From Hydrolagus colliei (Eukaryota): DNA of 64,000 bases. The notes under the pieces are model-generated. The model was given only the letters and a program-made list of their open reading frames with translations. It ran no database searches and was not told the origin of the DNA. The stretch is from positions 14,260,001-14,324,000 of the forward strand of contig CM068744.1 in NCBI GenBank assembly GCA_035084275.1, given 5' to 3'. Below, in pieces: positions 25,867 to 39,374 of this stretch. Position numbers and translations under genes: made by a program. The stretch's first letter is position 1. Every line of letters begins with the position of its first letter.

Positions 25867-28379
25867 TGTATAACAGTTGGGCTTTGTGGGTGTTCTACAT
25901 TGACCAAATTTTAATCTTTAATCACTATTGTTTTCTTTGTCTTCTTATCAACACATTTATCAAGTTGTTGAGACTCTCAGTGTTGAAACCAATGTTATTT
26001 TGATCAGTTGAGTTCTCCTGCTATGTTTGAACATAACCCTGCTAGCTATGATCTCCCTCAATTTGAGGTCCATGGGTTTGAACCCCACAATGAATGATTT
26101 AATTTACCGTCAAGGTCATAATGAGATGAATGGTCTCCTTCGTTACTTTATTGATGATCATTCTACCACCCTTCATGTTGCTATGGTGTATGTTTGGGGA
26201 CAATTTGAAGTACTTTTCTTCACTTTGAGTGCCATCTACGGACTCCCTTTTCATCTTGGATGAAGTGTATCCTGCATTCATTTGTATTTCATATCGGCCT
26301 TGTGTTTTTTTTTTCGTGATTTTGAATGATTTGAAAAGGCCTTAGACTATTAGCACCACTCATTGTAGTGTGTGAGCAGCCTATTAAATGGATTCTTGTT
26401 CACCCATGTGTAGAATTCTCCTTTCACCTGTCATTCATATCTAATTTTTGCATCACTTGTACATATCGTGTGCTCTCCTAAGACAGCAAGCCTTACAAAT
26501 CATGCTGCTGTTACTTACAATTAATTAAACCAATAATTGCAGCACTCCACAATTAAGTCATAAGAGGGTGCCAGTTAGTGGCTGCTACATTTTTAATGAA
26601 ATGCGTATAATTTCCTTAAAATGATCTAGTATCTCTAAGCTACTGGATATCATTGAGTTTTATTGCTATCTATAATTAATTATTCATTAGAAAACATAGA
26701 TTGCAATTTCAATCAGCTGTACTTTTGTTTTATCTAACGATTGTGAATTTTTTCCTTGTGCTATAGATAGGTATAGATTGCTACAAAGATAGATTGATTG
26801 CTTGATCAATAGATATTATTTAATAAATAATAATAACTATGGTTATTATGGGTTGAGTTAGAGTACATGCACAAATGTCACCAGGCCATCTCACTCCAGC
26901 TCAGAGATTTTCACTGCCAAGTCAGATCTCCTGTATGTGGAAGCAAATCCACACCTGTTTCAGAGCGGGGTCTTGGGAGGAACAGGGATCATAAAATAGT
27001 AGCCATCTCTGGAGATAGACCTACTTGCAGGGACAAACCTATAAGTCTGAAAGCTGAAATATTTCTGGTTTACGGAACATTAACTCCTGAACCTATGTTT
27101 AGAAATTAATATTGTTAAGTTGTTTAAACTTCCAGTTGTTTTGAGTGAATTGTGATGCATGACTGCAAAATACAAGTTGCAATGTAATAGATTAATTGGT
27201 ACCTGTTTGTGGGAAACAATGTGACAGTCAATGGGCAAAACGTAAGTGCTAATTAATTATTGACTATGTGATGTAGCAGATACCATCCTTCCATAAAATC
27301 TGCCCAAATCTCATAAGTGTGTGTTATACTCAGCTCTGGCAAGGAACCTTTTATGATATACATTACTCGAGTCGTTCAATTTTCTGGTTAGTCCGTTTAT
27401 TAAATAAATAAAAGTTTCCATTTTATATTGAATATTAAGGGAATATTCCAGCATTACAGACCCATAATTAGTTGCATCACTTGAATGTTGGTAGAAAAAT
27501 TCTGTCATGCTTACATTAAAAAATCTATATATTTCTAAAACAAGAAGGGGCTTATTATGTTTGACATCCAGATCAGAACTAACACCTTCTATTGGTTTGT
27601 GAAGCTGAAGACTGTAATTTGATGTTTCTATATTGATTTCAATGCAATAGTGTTGTGCTTTTCAAGTTCTGGCTGAAACATCAAACATTTCAGAACCTCT
27701 AAAACAACATTAATGATTTATACTGTTTACAATTCATATTGTGTCGGCAGCTTTCACATAAAAGAAGTCTTGAAGATCTTTACAGATGAAATTAATTAGA
27801 AATGAGGTAAAATGTTTAATCTGTCTAGGCAGAAGGTGTTATCCCAAAAGCCAAGCTATACATGCAAGTTACTGTTTTAATATGAAACAAACATTTTACC
27901 CAATCCTACTGTAATTGTAGGTTTTCTGGATTTTCTTCATCTTTAATGGGAACTGTACAGTATGTTTGATGGATAACAATTTCCATGTTTTTATATGAGC
28001 TATTTCTCACTGGTCTTTATAGATGTGACTGCTGTGTGGTAGAGCACTGCCCTCAGTACCAAATACAACTTTATTCAACAATGTGTCATGGAACTAAAAT
28101 GAATCATTGGATTATCACTGGCCTAAGGAAAGAATTGAAACAATTGTACAAATTAACCTCAGCTGCTCTTTGAACACGAGAGCAGCACTTACTGGTTCAA
28201 TTCCATATGTCAAGTTGTGGCAGACACAGAGGATAATTCCACTAGGAGCATTAAAATTGTACAGTAAGTATGTGTATGCATGTGTGTCATCAAACACACA
28301 TATTTTTACTTGTGATTTCTTGCACTGCGAGTTATCTTAGATAATTCTCTAGAATGGAGGCACCAACTGCACCACCAGA

Positions 28380-28950
28380 AGAGGAAAAATGGAGAGAAGG
28401 TTACTAGATGGTCAGTTCCATAGTCAACGACAGAGCTATGGGGAAAGGGCAAGTTAATGGGCCTGAAAGGATTCTTCTTAAAGGAGCCAGCACAGACGTG
28501 AAGGGCAGAGTGCCATTCTTCTGTGCTCTAAATTTGTATGTGCCACTGTCACTGAACTCACAGTGATCAGGTTTGGAATGACACTGGTTACAGAGGAGCC
28601 TTCATCTGCCCTCCCTCTGTGCCAGTGGTATGTGGCAGAGTAAAATTACTGTTATGGGAAGAAATAATAAAATAACTTCTAAACGAAGCAGAGGGGAGGT
28701 GAGGAGAAACCTTTTCACGCAGCAAGTTGTTCGAATCTGGAATGTGTTGCCTGAAAGGGTAGTGGAGGCCAATTCAATAACAACATTAAAAAGAGAGGTG
28801 CATGGTTATTTGGGGAGGATGGGTTTGTGGGGTTATGGGGATAGAGCCAGGGAGTGGAATTGACTTTAAATAGCTCTTTTCAAAGATCCATCACAGACTC
28901 GATGGGCCGAATAGTCTCCTTTTGTGCAGTAAAATTCTTTGATTCTATGA
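28380..28950 (+). mobile_element. CR1 3' end fragments
   Basis: RRNLFTQQVVRIWNVLP peptide and GATGGGCCGAATAG...GATTCTATG tail. An older fragment lies at about 28380-28530. Confidence 0.85.
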
Positions 28951-29954
28951 ACTTCCCGAAAGAAAACAATTCCAATCTATTTGGTATTTTCCTGAACCGT
29001 CCTGCCGTTAGGCACAAGACGCTGGGAATCAGCAGGAAATTTCCAGTGGAAAAAAGATTTATAGACTTACTTTTGTAATGTCAAGTATTGGAAGCAGATG
29101 CTCCACATTGATCATTTTGGTTCATTAGACCAACTAAGCAATCATTGATTTTGCTCCTAGATCCGTGTCCCAGAATATGAGGAAGTTTGGACAATCATTA
29201 CTAGCCGTACACTGGTTGAACACGAGTAGATACACAATCCTCTTCACCCACCAAGAATTGAGACATTACCCTACATAAAGGGCACTATATAAATGCAAGT
29301 GGTTATTATTCTAAAGAAGATTGCTGCATTTTTTTCAACCCATATACAGTATATCTTATTTAGGCATTAATGTGGTTTTTTAATCTCATTGAAAAATACA
29401 CATTTGCTATAGCAGATGGTTAACAGATTAGCATTTTTCATCATTTTATTGATTTTCAGCTCAATATATCAACTTCAAATGGTTCACATTTAATAAAAGT
29501 TCTGGCAGTTTGATTTGAAATGCACCCAGGAGTGCAGTGAACTAGTATAACATCAATGGATATAAGCAGGAAAATTGCTTCAAAGGTTATTATGGCTGCA
29601 TCAGCTAATCAACTGATAATCATAATGCGGGCACCATGTGGTTCAGCACAAATTGTTCTTTCCCTTTAATGATTATATTTCTGCCATCTTCATTGTATCT
29701 GCAATTGTGTTTTCTGTACTTTGAGCGTTCAAAACAGTACAGTAGCTCAAATGAAGAGCATTCGGCCCATCCTTTCTGTACTAGTGCAATTTTCCCCTTT
29801 CCCCAATCCCATTCCACTTCTCTCATTCCAAAACGTTTAATATTTTTCTTCAAATGCTGTTATGGACTTAAATTTCTAAAGTTGCTAAAAGGATTATAGT
29901 TCTGGAGGTTCTAGTTATGGGGATAGGATCAAACAATTGAGTCTGTTTGCACTG

Positions 29955-30320
29955 GTAGTCTGGTCTTTGAACCTGAATTCTTGGGTTCAAGATCCACTAG
30001 GGACCTAAGTACTGGAATCTGACACAGTGGGGTCAATCCATTGTCAATGGCTCTGCCTTTTGAACGAGCTGTTAAACAAAGGTCCCGATTGCCTGTCCAG
30101 ATAGGAGTTAAAAATTACACAATTACACTATTTAAAAAGAGGAGTCTCTCTTGGTGATGATGATAAACCAACAGACTAATCATTTTTAACTCATGGCAGT
30201 TTGTGGGACTTTGCTATGTAGAAAAATAGCTGTTGTGTTTCCCTCCCCCAAAAAAGTGACTACACTTGACAAAAATTACCCTGAAATACTTTGAGCTGTG
30301 TTGATGCTATGGGCACCATA
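29955..30320 (+). mobile_element. Ancient Deu-domain SINE (SacSINE1/AmnSINE-like)
   Basis: GGGTTCAAG B box. GTTAAACAAAGGTCCC, CACTATTT, GTTTGTGGGACTTTGCT and GTGACTACACTT resemble the Deu-SINE consensus as recalled. Confidence 0.7.
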
Positions 30321-31084
30321 AACAAAACGGAAGCTCTGTCTTCTAATCTGGCATTATTATACAAGTGTATGATGGCTACTAGTTCATATTCATCTGGTGA
30401 AAGCATCATTATCCTGAAAGAGACAGTTTGCTGTTGAGTTGTGACTCCTAATGTGTTGGCATTATGCTAAATAGCCTCTTATATTTTTGTTAATTTTCCT
30501 TTTTTGACTAACAGGATCTGAAATTAATAGAATCTGTTCTCATGAAGCACAATGCTAGATGTTCAGATGTATCTTTTTATTGCACTTGGATTATGGTGCA
30601 TTTGAGTAGTAGTTTCTTCTCCTTTAATCATATACCAAATGCAAGGATTAGGATTAGGATGAAGAGATGAGTGTTGAAGTCTCTCACAAAAGTTAAATTG
30701 CAGAATAAAGGCTTCTTAAATCGCCTCCTCGGATTTATGATTCAATACCCTAACATTTAAATCACTGTATTTTTAATTTGTCTTTGGCTTCTTTTGTAGC
30801 AATGATACTGCTGAAAAAGTAAAGTGCATTATTTTCATATTAGTTGAACGTCCTTCATTTTCCTTGATAATTTGTGCCTAAATTTGAGAGACCAACATTC
30901 TGTTTAGTATTAGTCTGTAAAACAACTTTGTCCTCAAATATAAGATTATAAAAGAATTATGAAAAATTCTTAAACTCACTCTGAATTTGGATGTAATCTT
31001 TTCAAGAATTACAGAAAATCAACTTCCAAATTAACACTGAAATGAAGAATTTTCAACCTACCTCATAATCTTCAACAATACCTC

Positions 31085-32060
31085 ACAGAAACCCAATTGG
31101 AGGGGTTCGGAAAGGGAAAGGAAGGACTGAAGCTGGGAAGCAACAACTCTTTCTCGGACCTTGGAAAGGAAAGGGAGGCTGGAGATGGGGTGGTAGTTAG
31201 TGAACAGCGATGAGTTCAGCAAAGGTGTTTTTTAGGGGTGATGCCAGTTGTTGTGAGGTGGGTGGTGGTGGGAATGGTGTGTGTTGGCAGGGAGAGGCTG
31301 ATGAAGTCAGAGATGAAGGGGTGAGGAGGTGGAGCTGGGAGGTAAGGAGAGGAGTAACGATGGGGTTGAAGGAGCAGGTGGTGGGCTTAATGCGGGTTAT
31401 AAAGGTGGTGAGAGAGGAGGAGGTAACAGGTTCAAATGTGTGGAGGGAGGGAGGGAGGGAGGGTTTGGCCGGAATGTGAGATCCAGATGGGGAGAGAGTA
31501 ATGGTTGGGAGGGTGGATGCAGCTCTTGACTTTGGACTCAAGCCAATCCAGCATCTCCTCACAGTTGGAGTTGAAGGAGACGATAGGCAACAACAACAAC
31601 AACAACAAAATTGCACTTAGATAGCGCCTTTCAAGTCAGGAGGACAACAACAACAACAAAATTGCACTTATAAAGCGCCTTTCACATCGGGAGGACGTCC
31701 CAAAGCACTGAACAGTCAGCTCGGGACCCAAGCGGTGGGGGGGGGGGGGAGGGTCGGGTAGGGGGAAGGAGAGTGGGAGAGGGGGAAGAGGTAGTGGGGC
31801 AGCCGAAGATGCTGTCAAAGAGGAAGGTCTTGAGACTGGCCTTGAAGGAGGAAAATGAGGAACCAAGGAGGAGGGGCTGCGGGATGGAGTTCCACAGTGT
31901 GGGAGCAGAGAGGCTGAAAGCTCGGCCGCCGATGGTTGGGCGATTAGGGCGGTGGATGCGGAGCAGGTCTGAGTCTGCTGAACGGAGGGTGCAAGTAGAC
32001 TGATAGGGAGACAGTAGGTCGGAGAGACAGGTGGGGCCAAGGCCATGAATGGCCTTGACG
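31085..32060 (-). mobile_element. Older L2 ORF2 fragment (about 31085-31585) plus a younger L2 3' end with doubled (AAC)n tail (31588-32060)
   Basis: Peptides IKPTTCSFNPIVTPLL and GGRAFSLSAPTLWNSIP...FKASLKTFLF. Confidence 0.9.
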
Positions 32061-32741
32061 AGGCAAGGCATGAGAGGATGGATGGAGGAACTGGTTAATA
32101 AGAAATGAGATGATACGAACGTATTACATTAAATGTATTGTCATGGGAACTAAAATCAAGAAAGAGTTTCAAGATTTGGGAGGAAACTGTATAAACCATA
32201 ATATAACTGCTGGAGGACAAAATACATTTAGAACCATAAATCTTCCAAAATTGAGATTGTTAGCAGCAAAATAACTTGAGAAACCAATTACAGTACATGT
32301 ATTCCACAAAATATTAAGAATGTTTCCACTGAATTAAAATAACTATATCAGATTGAAAACCTTGTACACTTGTTGCATTAAACTGAAGAATAAAATAAGG
32401 TTCCTTCCTTGAAAATTTTGTACCCACTGTTGTTCTTCTTCGTTACAGCCACAAACATTCCAGCCCTTATTAACACCGACTACAAATTCTTGCCAAAGGA
32501 AAAAAGGTTGAAAAAAACTCCAAGCTATATTTGAAAAGCACAGAAACTCCAGAGGTGTGAGATGCAGTTTCTTGAATTGTTAAAACATGCACCTTCTTGG
32601 GGAGCAGCGCTGCATGCTATTGGGACTAATTATATAGTCCAGTAACACATTTGGCTGGGATGTTGACTTTCAAGAGCTTCTACGCTCATTGGTAATGATT
32701 TCAGTTGTGTGTAGAACTTCAAAACTACCCTTTATCAAGTA

Positions 32742-33488
32742 CAGTAAAAGACTGTTTATCCGGCACCCTCAGGACCTGGCCAGTGCCGGTTAAAGCGCTT
32801 GCCGGATATTCGGCTGATAACACATTTTTTTTTTTTTTTTTTAAATGAGCATATTAATAATAGACTAAATAATCATTTATATAATATAATATATAAATAA
32901 TAATAATCTTTCACACACAGCGACCAGGCAGTTCAGAGAGATCTTTAAACTAGTGTGAAAGTTACACGTCTGAATGACACTGTTCTCATTGGGGACAGAA
33001 GAGAGGAAAGCAAACGTGTTATTGAGAAAGCAGAGTGAACGGCGACCACTCAGTTCAGTTAACTTTCTTTCCAAAAAGCCTTGCGATGCCTCTGTGTGTG
33101 TGTGTGTGTGCACTAACTTGAAACACTGCACTTTGTAAAACGAGCAGATCAGGCATTGCAGGGATGAGTCTTTTTTTATTAAAATAAAAGCCAATGCATT
33201 GATCTGCAAGCTTTGCTCAGAGTGGGTGTGTGTTTTGTTGCTTTGTGGCTAAGCTCATTTTCCATCTAAATTAATCAACTCACCGTCTCTCACTCTGCCT
33301 CTCTACTGCTGTGTACCGGCAGCATTCTGAGGTAGCGCAACCTTCAGGCACTTTGTAGCAGCATTCCAAAATACTGACGCAAAGGGATCCCAGATAAATT
33401 CCGGTTATTCGACTGGGGACCTTTTTTTTGCGATGCCGGTTATACGGAAGTTACGGTTGATCGGGTCACAGATCAACGGGCTTTTACT
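32742..33488. mobile_element. Tc1/mariner (Tigger/pogo-like) non-autonomous element
   Basis: Left end TA|CAGTAAAAGACTGTTTATCC and degenerate right end GATCAACGGGCTTTTACT. The same termini occur at 60384-60767. Confidence 0.72.
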
Positions 33489-33824
33489 TTTTCCTTCTCA
33501 CTTTACAGTGTATCCTGTGAAGTCATTGGAGTCCACAAACACAGTGAAATATCAGGATTTTTATCATAGACTAAAATATCAAATCTCTCTTTATGCACAG
33601 AATTGTAAATAACAGTTGGAAGCCCTTCATAAAGTCTCTGGATATAGGAATTAACTAGGGTCCGTCGATATGGAAATTTTCCGATTTAGATATATCGATG
33701 GGCTCATATCGACATATACTGATATATCGGGATTTTTGTACTGCGCATGCACGCGCGCGCATTCGGAGGTGCGAGCGCATTCGGGGCCTATCTCCTCAGG
33801 AGGTAAATATCTCTCTGTGTGTCT

Positions 33825-34250
33825 CTCATACTCACTCTCTCCATCTCTCTCCCTGTGTCTCTCTGTCTGGTCTCCCCCTCCCTCCCTCTCCCCTCCCCCA
33901 CCCCCGGTCTCCCCATCCCTCTCTCTCCTCTCCCCCCCGGTCTCCCCGTCCCTCTCTCCCCCTCTCCCATCTCCCCCTCCCTCTCTACCACCCCCCCGCC
34001 CTCCGGTCTCCCCCTCTCTTTCCCCCCACCCCCGGTCTGCCCCTCCCTCTCCCCCCCACCCCAGTCTCCCCCTCCCTCTCTCCCACCCACACCACGGTCT
34101 CCCCCTCCCTCTCTCCCACCCACACCACGGTCTCCCCCTCCCCCTCTCCCTCACCCCACCCCCGGTCTCTCCCTCCCTCTCCCCCCACCCCCGGTCTCTC
34201 CCTCCCTCTCCCCCCACCCCCGGTCTCTCCCTCCCTCTCCCCCCACCCCT
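33825..34250. repeat. C-rich minisatellite inside the hAT element
   Basis: Unit approximately CCCCGGTCTCTCCCTCCCTCTCCCCCCAC. Confidence 0.9.
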
Positions 34251-34473
34251 TGTATACCTGTATATTGTATTTGAGGACTACGAATACAATATGGCGGCTT
34301 GCACCTCAGTCTGTGCATTGTGTAGAGATGAGCATTCTGGGTCTTGTGGTTAATTCGGGGTGTGTGCGCATTCCAGGCTCTAGGCCCAGGAGGTTGCAAT
34401 GGCAGCGACAAGCTACCAATATATTTTTTATATGGAATCTTTCGATATATCAATATATTTAAAATAAAAATTC

Positions 34474-34799
34474 ATCCACTCGTGGGTGAATCTGTGACTC
34501 GTGGTCACAGATTTAAAATACTTTCAAGGCGCAGTAGAGGGGAGCTGAGGAGAAATTTTTTCACTCAGCGAGTTGTTCGAATCTGGAATGCATTGCCTGA
34601 AAAGGTGGTGGAGGCTGATTCGATAACAACTTTTAAAAGGGAATTAGATCTTTATTTAGGGAGAACAGGTCTATTAGGCTATGGGGAGCGGGCAGGGCAG
34701 TGGGATTGTATCGCTCTTTTCAAAGAGCCGGCACAGACTAGATGGGCCGAATGGCCTCCTTTTGTGCCGTAAAATTCTATGATTCTATGATTCTATGAT
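34474..34799 (+). mobile_element. CR1 3' end nested in the hAT element
   Basis: Open frame VGESVTRGHRFK...RRNFFTQRVVRIWNALP and a (ATTCTATG)3 tail. Confidence 0.93.
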
Positions 34800-35892
34800 A
34801 TCGGTATATCAATATGAAAATTATATCGGATATAACCGATATATCGACGGACCCTAGAATTAACAAGGGCCAAAACAAATAATCTTTAATCATGGATTGA
34901 AGCTTGGGTAGGTCGGCCAGCCATCATTTGGAGACAAGAAAACGGAGACATTGATTTAAAACATTGAAAAGAGGCTCCTTTCAGTGGAAATAGCGGACAA
35001 ATAATTGCTACTCATGCTGTGGTACTGAGAAGTCCAGCACAGTGAAATATTAGGGCTTGTACCGGCATTGTGCTTAATTAGCTAAACACACCAGTGAAAG
35101 CAGTTGAAGCATGAAAATTAAGATTGGATAGGGTAGAATAATCTGTTGGGATTGCTCCATCTAATCCACATTTATTCTAAACCTGCTAGAATGTGTGTAC
35201 TGCAGGTGCAGATAGAATTGGACTAGGCTCCAATGCACCTCCCCTCCCCCATCGCAACTGTTAACTGGTCTGCCAATACTAATTCCCTTGCCTGCTAAAT
35301 GGAGGGTTGCCAAATGGCAAGGACCTCCACTTTATTTAGCTACGAAAGGTTGAGAATAGGAATAGACATCCTGAAAAGAATAGACGTCCTCACTACAAGT
35401 AGCAGAGAAAGGCGAGGTGGGTGGATGAGCACGAAACACAGACACACACATTGTGGCCTGTGCTGCCCTTGCGAGCACAGAGTCAGCAGAAGTTGTATAA
35501 AGCTATTTTGACATTTGAGTAGCTGTTTGTCTGAAGCCATAAAGAGTGGATTGAAATATTTTAAAAATACCTGGTCCAAGAGAGATTCTTTCTCCGGACT
35601 TGTCAGTCACCTGAGAGTTAAAACTAACCTCTAAACCAGAATGAATGCTACACAGACCATAAAAGCTAACTGTAATTCCAAGCACCCAGCTACAAGGAAG
35701 GCTGACATATGCCCTTTTACTTCTGGAACCTGGATATAAGATCAGCCCCAACCACCTGGGTGAGAGCTAGATGTTATCTACCAAATGCAAGGATTCTAAA
35801 TGTGCAATTTAAAAGATTAAAGGTCAGGTTTCTAGTTTTTTGTGGACTGGTAGCATCGAACAGTGAAATAATTGATACAAATGAGGAATAAT

Positions 35893-35995
35893 AAAACATA
35901 GGAGTGGCTGGGAACACTTAGAAGGTTGGGCAGCATTTAAGAAGAGAGAAAAGTGAGTTAACGTTTCAGGTCAATGACCTATCCTCAGAACTGAA
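35893..35995 (-). mobile_element. Short Penelope-like-element terminal fragment
   Basis: Resembles a common chondrichthyan repeat recalled as ...GGCAGCATCTGTGGAGAGAGAAACAGAGTTAACGTTTCAGGTC...CAGAACTG, and contains the hammerhead core. Confidence 0.6.
35956..35992 (-). ncRNA. Minimal type I hammerhead ribozyme motif
   Basis: Minus strand AGUU-CUGAGGA-U-AGGUC(AUU)GACCU-GAAA-CGUU-AACU gives a CUGANGA/GAAA core, 5-bp helix II, 4-bp helix I and palindromic AACGUU in place of helix III. Confidence 0.65.
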
Positions 35996-37129
35996 CAAAT
36001 GAGGGTACTCAATTGACAATTATGTGGGAAGTAAGTTAATTGCAGGGTCAGTCAGTGCTCTTCTGCAGTTGGGTTCAAGGCATATTTCTGGTGGGCAGAG
36101 AAACTTTTCTCTGCATGTAATGCTAAACCCCATCTGCTTTCACAATTTTAATTCCAATTGACAAAGTGCAATACAGTAGATAATTTTTTTAAAATTTGAA
36201 TATAAATAAAACACATTAGTTGCATTAAATTTGGCACTTTCTGATGTTGAAATATCTCAAAGCATTTTACACAGTGGGCACTTGGAAGCCCAGTGGCTGT
36301 TCCTATGTAGACATACAGTGTTCATTTAATATAACAAATTCTCACTTTTGCTAATCTTCTCTCCTTTGGAGACTTGGCAATTTGAGGTTACAGTAGGTCA
36401 GTATAAATGTCACATTCTACTCCTCATGCTAATGTTGGTTGTCCAGGGAACAAGATAATCATACAGAGCTGAGCTGGCAACAAGCAAAGTGAAAAACCAA
36501 TGGGAATACTTTTGAGATCACTTATTTGTTTTATTTAACTGGCGGATGGTAATAGCATTTTTGCAGCCATTGATGGTATCATAGTTTGGTTATTCTAATT
36601 GTCACAAGTCAAAATGTGTCCATCTCTAGCCAGCCTCACAGCTTTAATTTCTGATTCATGTCACGGAAAAACATATTATTCCAACACAGTGATTTGTTAC
36701 AATTTGCTGAAGGTAAATGAGTGCAGAATAATTCAGTCATCCCATTATAGACCAATCCCTGGGCAAACGTATAAACAAATAAACTGATTTTGTTTTTATC
36801 TCTTGTGAAGAGGTGAAAACTGATTGCGCAAATGATTAAATGACAACAAGTAAACTTGATTCATTTAATCTAGCCACATTCTTTGACACTCACTTTTGAA
36901 CTAAACAAATAGACATGACAAATGGAGTGAAAACTAGCCATTGAGCCCTGCAGATATTAAATGCTGTAGAATGACAAATGCTCCCTTACTACGTGACCTA
37001 CTATAGCCCTACCCAACCTGGCTGCTCCCTTTTCTCAGAATCACAGGCCTACTTCATTTCCCATGCGCTATTCCCGGGGTCTCTCCAAATTGCCCATTCC
37101 CTTCCCACCTTCAAAGCCTGCTGCAATAT

Positions 37130-37375
37130 AACAATGACAAAATTGCACTTATGTAGCGCCTTTCACATCGGGAGGACGTCCCAAAGCGCTGAACAGTCAG
37201 ATCGGGACCTGAGCGGGGGTGGGGAGGGTAGGGGAAAAGGGAAGGAGAGTGGGAGAGGGGGAAGAGTTAGTGGGGCAGCCGAAAGCGTGGTTGAAGAGGA
37301 AGGTCTTGAGACCGGCCTTGAAGGAGGAAAGAGAGGAAGCGAGGCGGAGGGGCTGTGGGATGGAGTTGCACAGTG
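37130..37375 (-). mobile_element. Young L2 3' end
   Basis: Close match to 31645-31900 and 9552-9830. Confidence 0.9.
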
Positions 37376-37739
37376 ACTAAACTCTTTGACTGCGCTGATG
37401 ATTCTATTTTCCTTTCCCACCCTCTTCAATTACATTGAGATTTCCAGTAAATCTCAATGTAAAATTAACTGGTTTCACGAACTGACCGCCAAATTTAGCA
37501 GCTGCTTGAAATATCACAACGCAGTGTTTTAAATCAGGATAATTTTGGGGCAAAGATCAAAAAGTCTCTCACAACTCTGCCTTAACTTTAACAGCAAGTA
37601 GAATTATATTCCTGTATATGTTACCTGTTCCTTTATCAGAACCAGTTCAATTGTTCAAAAAGGCAACATGTTTGACAATGGAATGTCAGAATTAAACCCA
37701 CCTTCTTTGTCTTGGAAGTCCAGTTCCTGAAGCAGGCTG

Positions 37740-37950
37740 GTCTACAATAGTCTAGGTCTGTATTCCCTGGAGTTTAGAAGGTTGAGTGATGATCTAATTG
37801 AGGCTTTTAAGATAATAAAGTGATTCAATACAGTAGATACAGAGAAACTATTTCCTCTGGTGGGGGAATCCAGAAAATCCAGAAAAGGGGGTATAATGTT
37901 AAAAACAGAGCTAGGCCTATTAAGAGTGACATTAGGAGCAGGTTTTCACC
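37740..37950 (+). mobile_element. CR1 fragment
   Basis: LGLYSLEFRRL..DLIEAFKIIK-like frame. Confidence 0.8.
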
Positions 37951-39374
37951 CCAAACTGAATGGTATCAATATTCGTAAGCATGGTCATGTGTGTCAGACA
38001 TTCGGCTAAAACATAAGTGTAGCTATGATGTTGTGTTTATGATTATAAAAAATAATTACAACTAAGGTGACCCTCCTAGAGTGTCTCACAGAGCAGGTTT
38101 CAGAGATCAATGCTCCACATTTCAAAGTAAATCTTAGTAATAAATTATCCTAGTTGTAAATTATGGACCAGAGCACTTTTCAATTTATTTCCTTCGTTAA
38201 ATATTTATTTTTAAGGCATGGTCTACCGAGAGCAGTCAAATCTTTCCGGCCCATAAATTAGAATTTTACCTTTTCAGTCTGAGACCTAGGACCCTGCCTG
38301 TCCAAACAGTAGAATTCCCTGGAGTAACATAGAGATCTGTGGCTAGACTGTGAAAAACAGTATTGTAAATGGAAAGTCCGTAGACGACAAATTAGATAGT
38401 GTGCTTTTTATATATATAGGGGCATTGAATATATCTGAAATTTTATGTGCATTTTGAACACTGCTAACCTGAAAATATATCAGAGCTATAGAGAGAATAA
38501 TTATAATAAAAGGTTTTACTATTGGAAATAATAGTTGTTACTTTTCAGTACAGCACTTTTCAGGTTGAGAGGACATCTCAAGCGCTTCGCAGGAATATAC
38601 TATGAAGCAGAGTGACTGTATTTTGTACACAAATGCTTAAAGGATAAAGGAGGAGGTTAGAAGACTTATTTTTAAAACAAAGGGTTATTAAAAATGGGAA
38701 CAAGTGAGCATTGAAATTAAGTATTATGACTATACATAGGCGCTTGAACAATGAAGATATGAAAGGCTACATTAAAAGACTGGGAAAGTGTATTTAGTAA
38801 AGGCATACTTTTGGCGGAATGCCTACCTTCTGCACTGAAATTCCTTTGATTATATAAGAAACATGTTTCATGAAGTTACAAGAAGATTAGGTTATATCTG
38901 TTGTTTTGAATTGTTGATCATATGTGTATTTCTTAAACTGTACAATAATTGCCTATATTTTTTAAGAACAAATTGGTAGAGATCTTCAAACGGATTTAAA
39001 AGATTGTAGATTAAGTTGTTGTACATCATTGGTGCTGTGCATTGGAATAGCAAAGTAATTTACTGCATCTGCGTGAGTAAGTCAAACTGGTATGAGAGGC
39101 ATGCATTGAATAACAGCTGGTTGAGAGGGAATTTCATATGTGTGAATATATCTGAGCAGTGTGGAAAAAAATGCAGAGTTCAGGACTGTTCAGTTAAGCT
39201 TGGCATCTTTTATTTTTCTGTAACTTCTGCAAATCATATTTTTAAATGTTTTATTTGTTAAATAAAATGATGAATACTTTAAATGAATGAATATTTAAAA
39301 CTTTTTCAACTGTTTTGTTCCATTGTTAAACTGCAATTTTAAACTACTATTGATATAAACTGCAGCCAGCTTTT

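Larger units (their letters stand above)
33656..34856. mobile_element. Non-autonomous hAT-type DNA transposon
   Basis: Perfect 16-bp TIR TAGGGTCCGTCGATAT / ATATCGACGGACCCTA. Perfect 8-bp TSD GAATTAAC at 33648-33655 and 34857-34864. Subterminal GATATATCG repeats. Confidence 0.92.

Noticed and set aside
33651-34462. Proline- or glycine-rich ORFs of 150-250 aa
   Set aside because: They arise from the C-rich minisatellite in the hAT element and show no transposase motifs.
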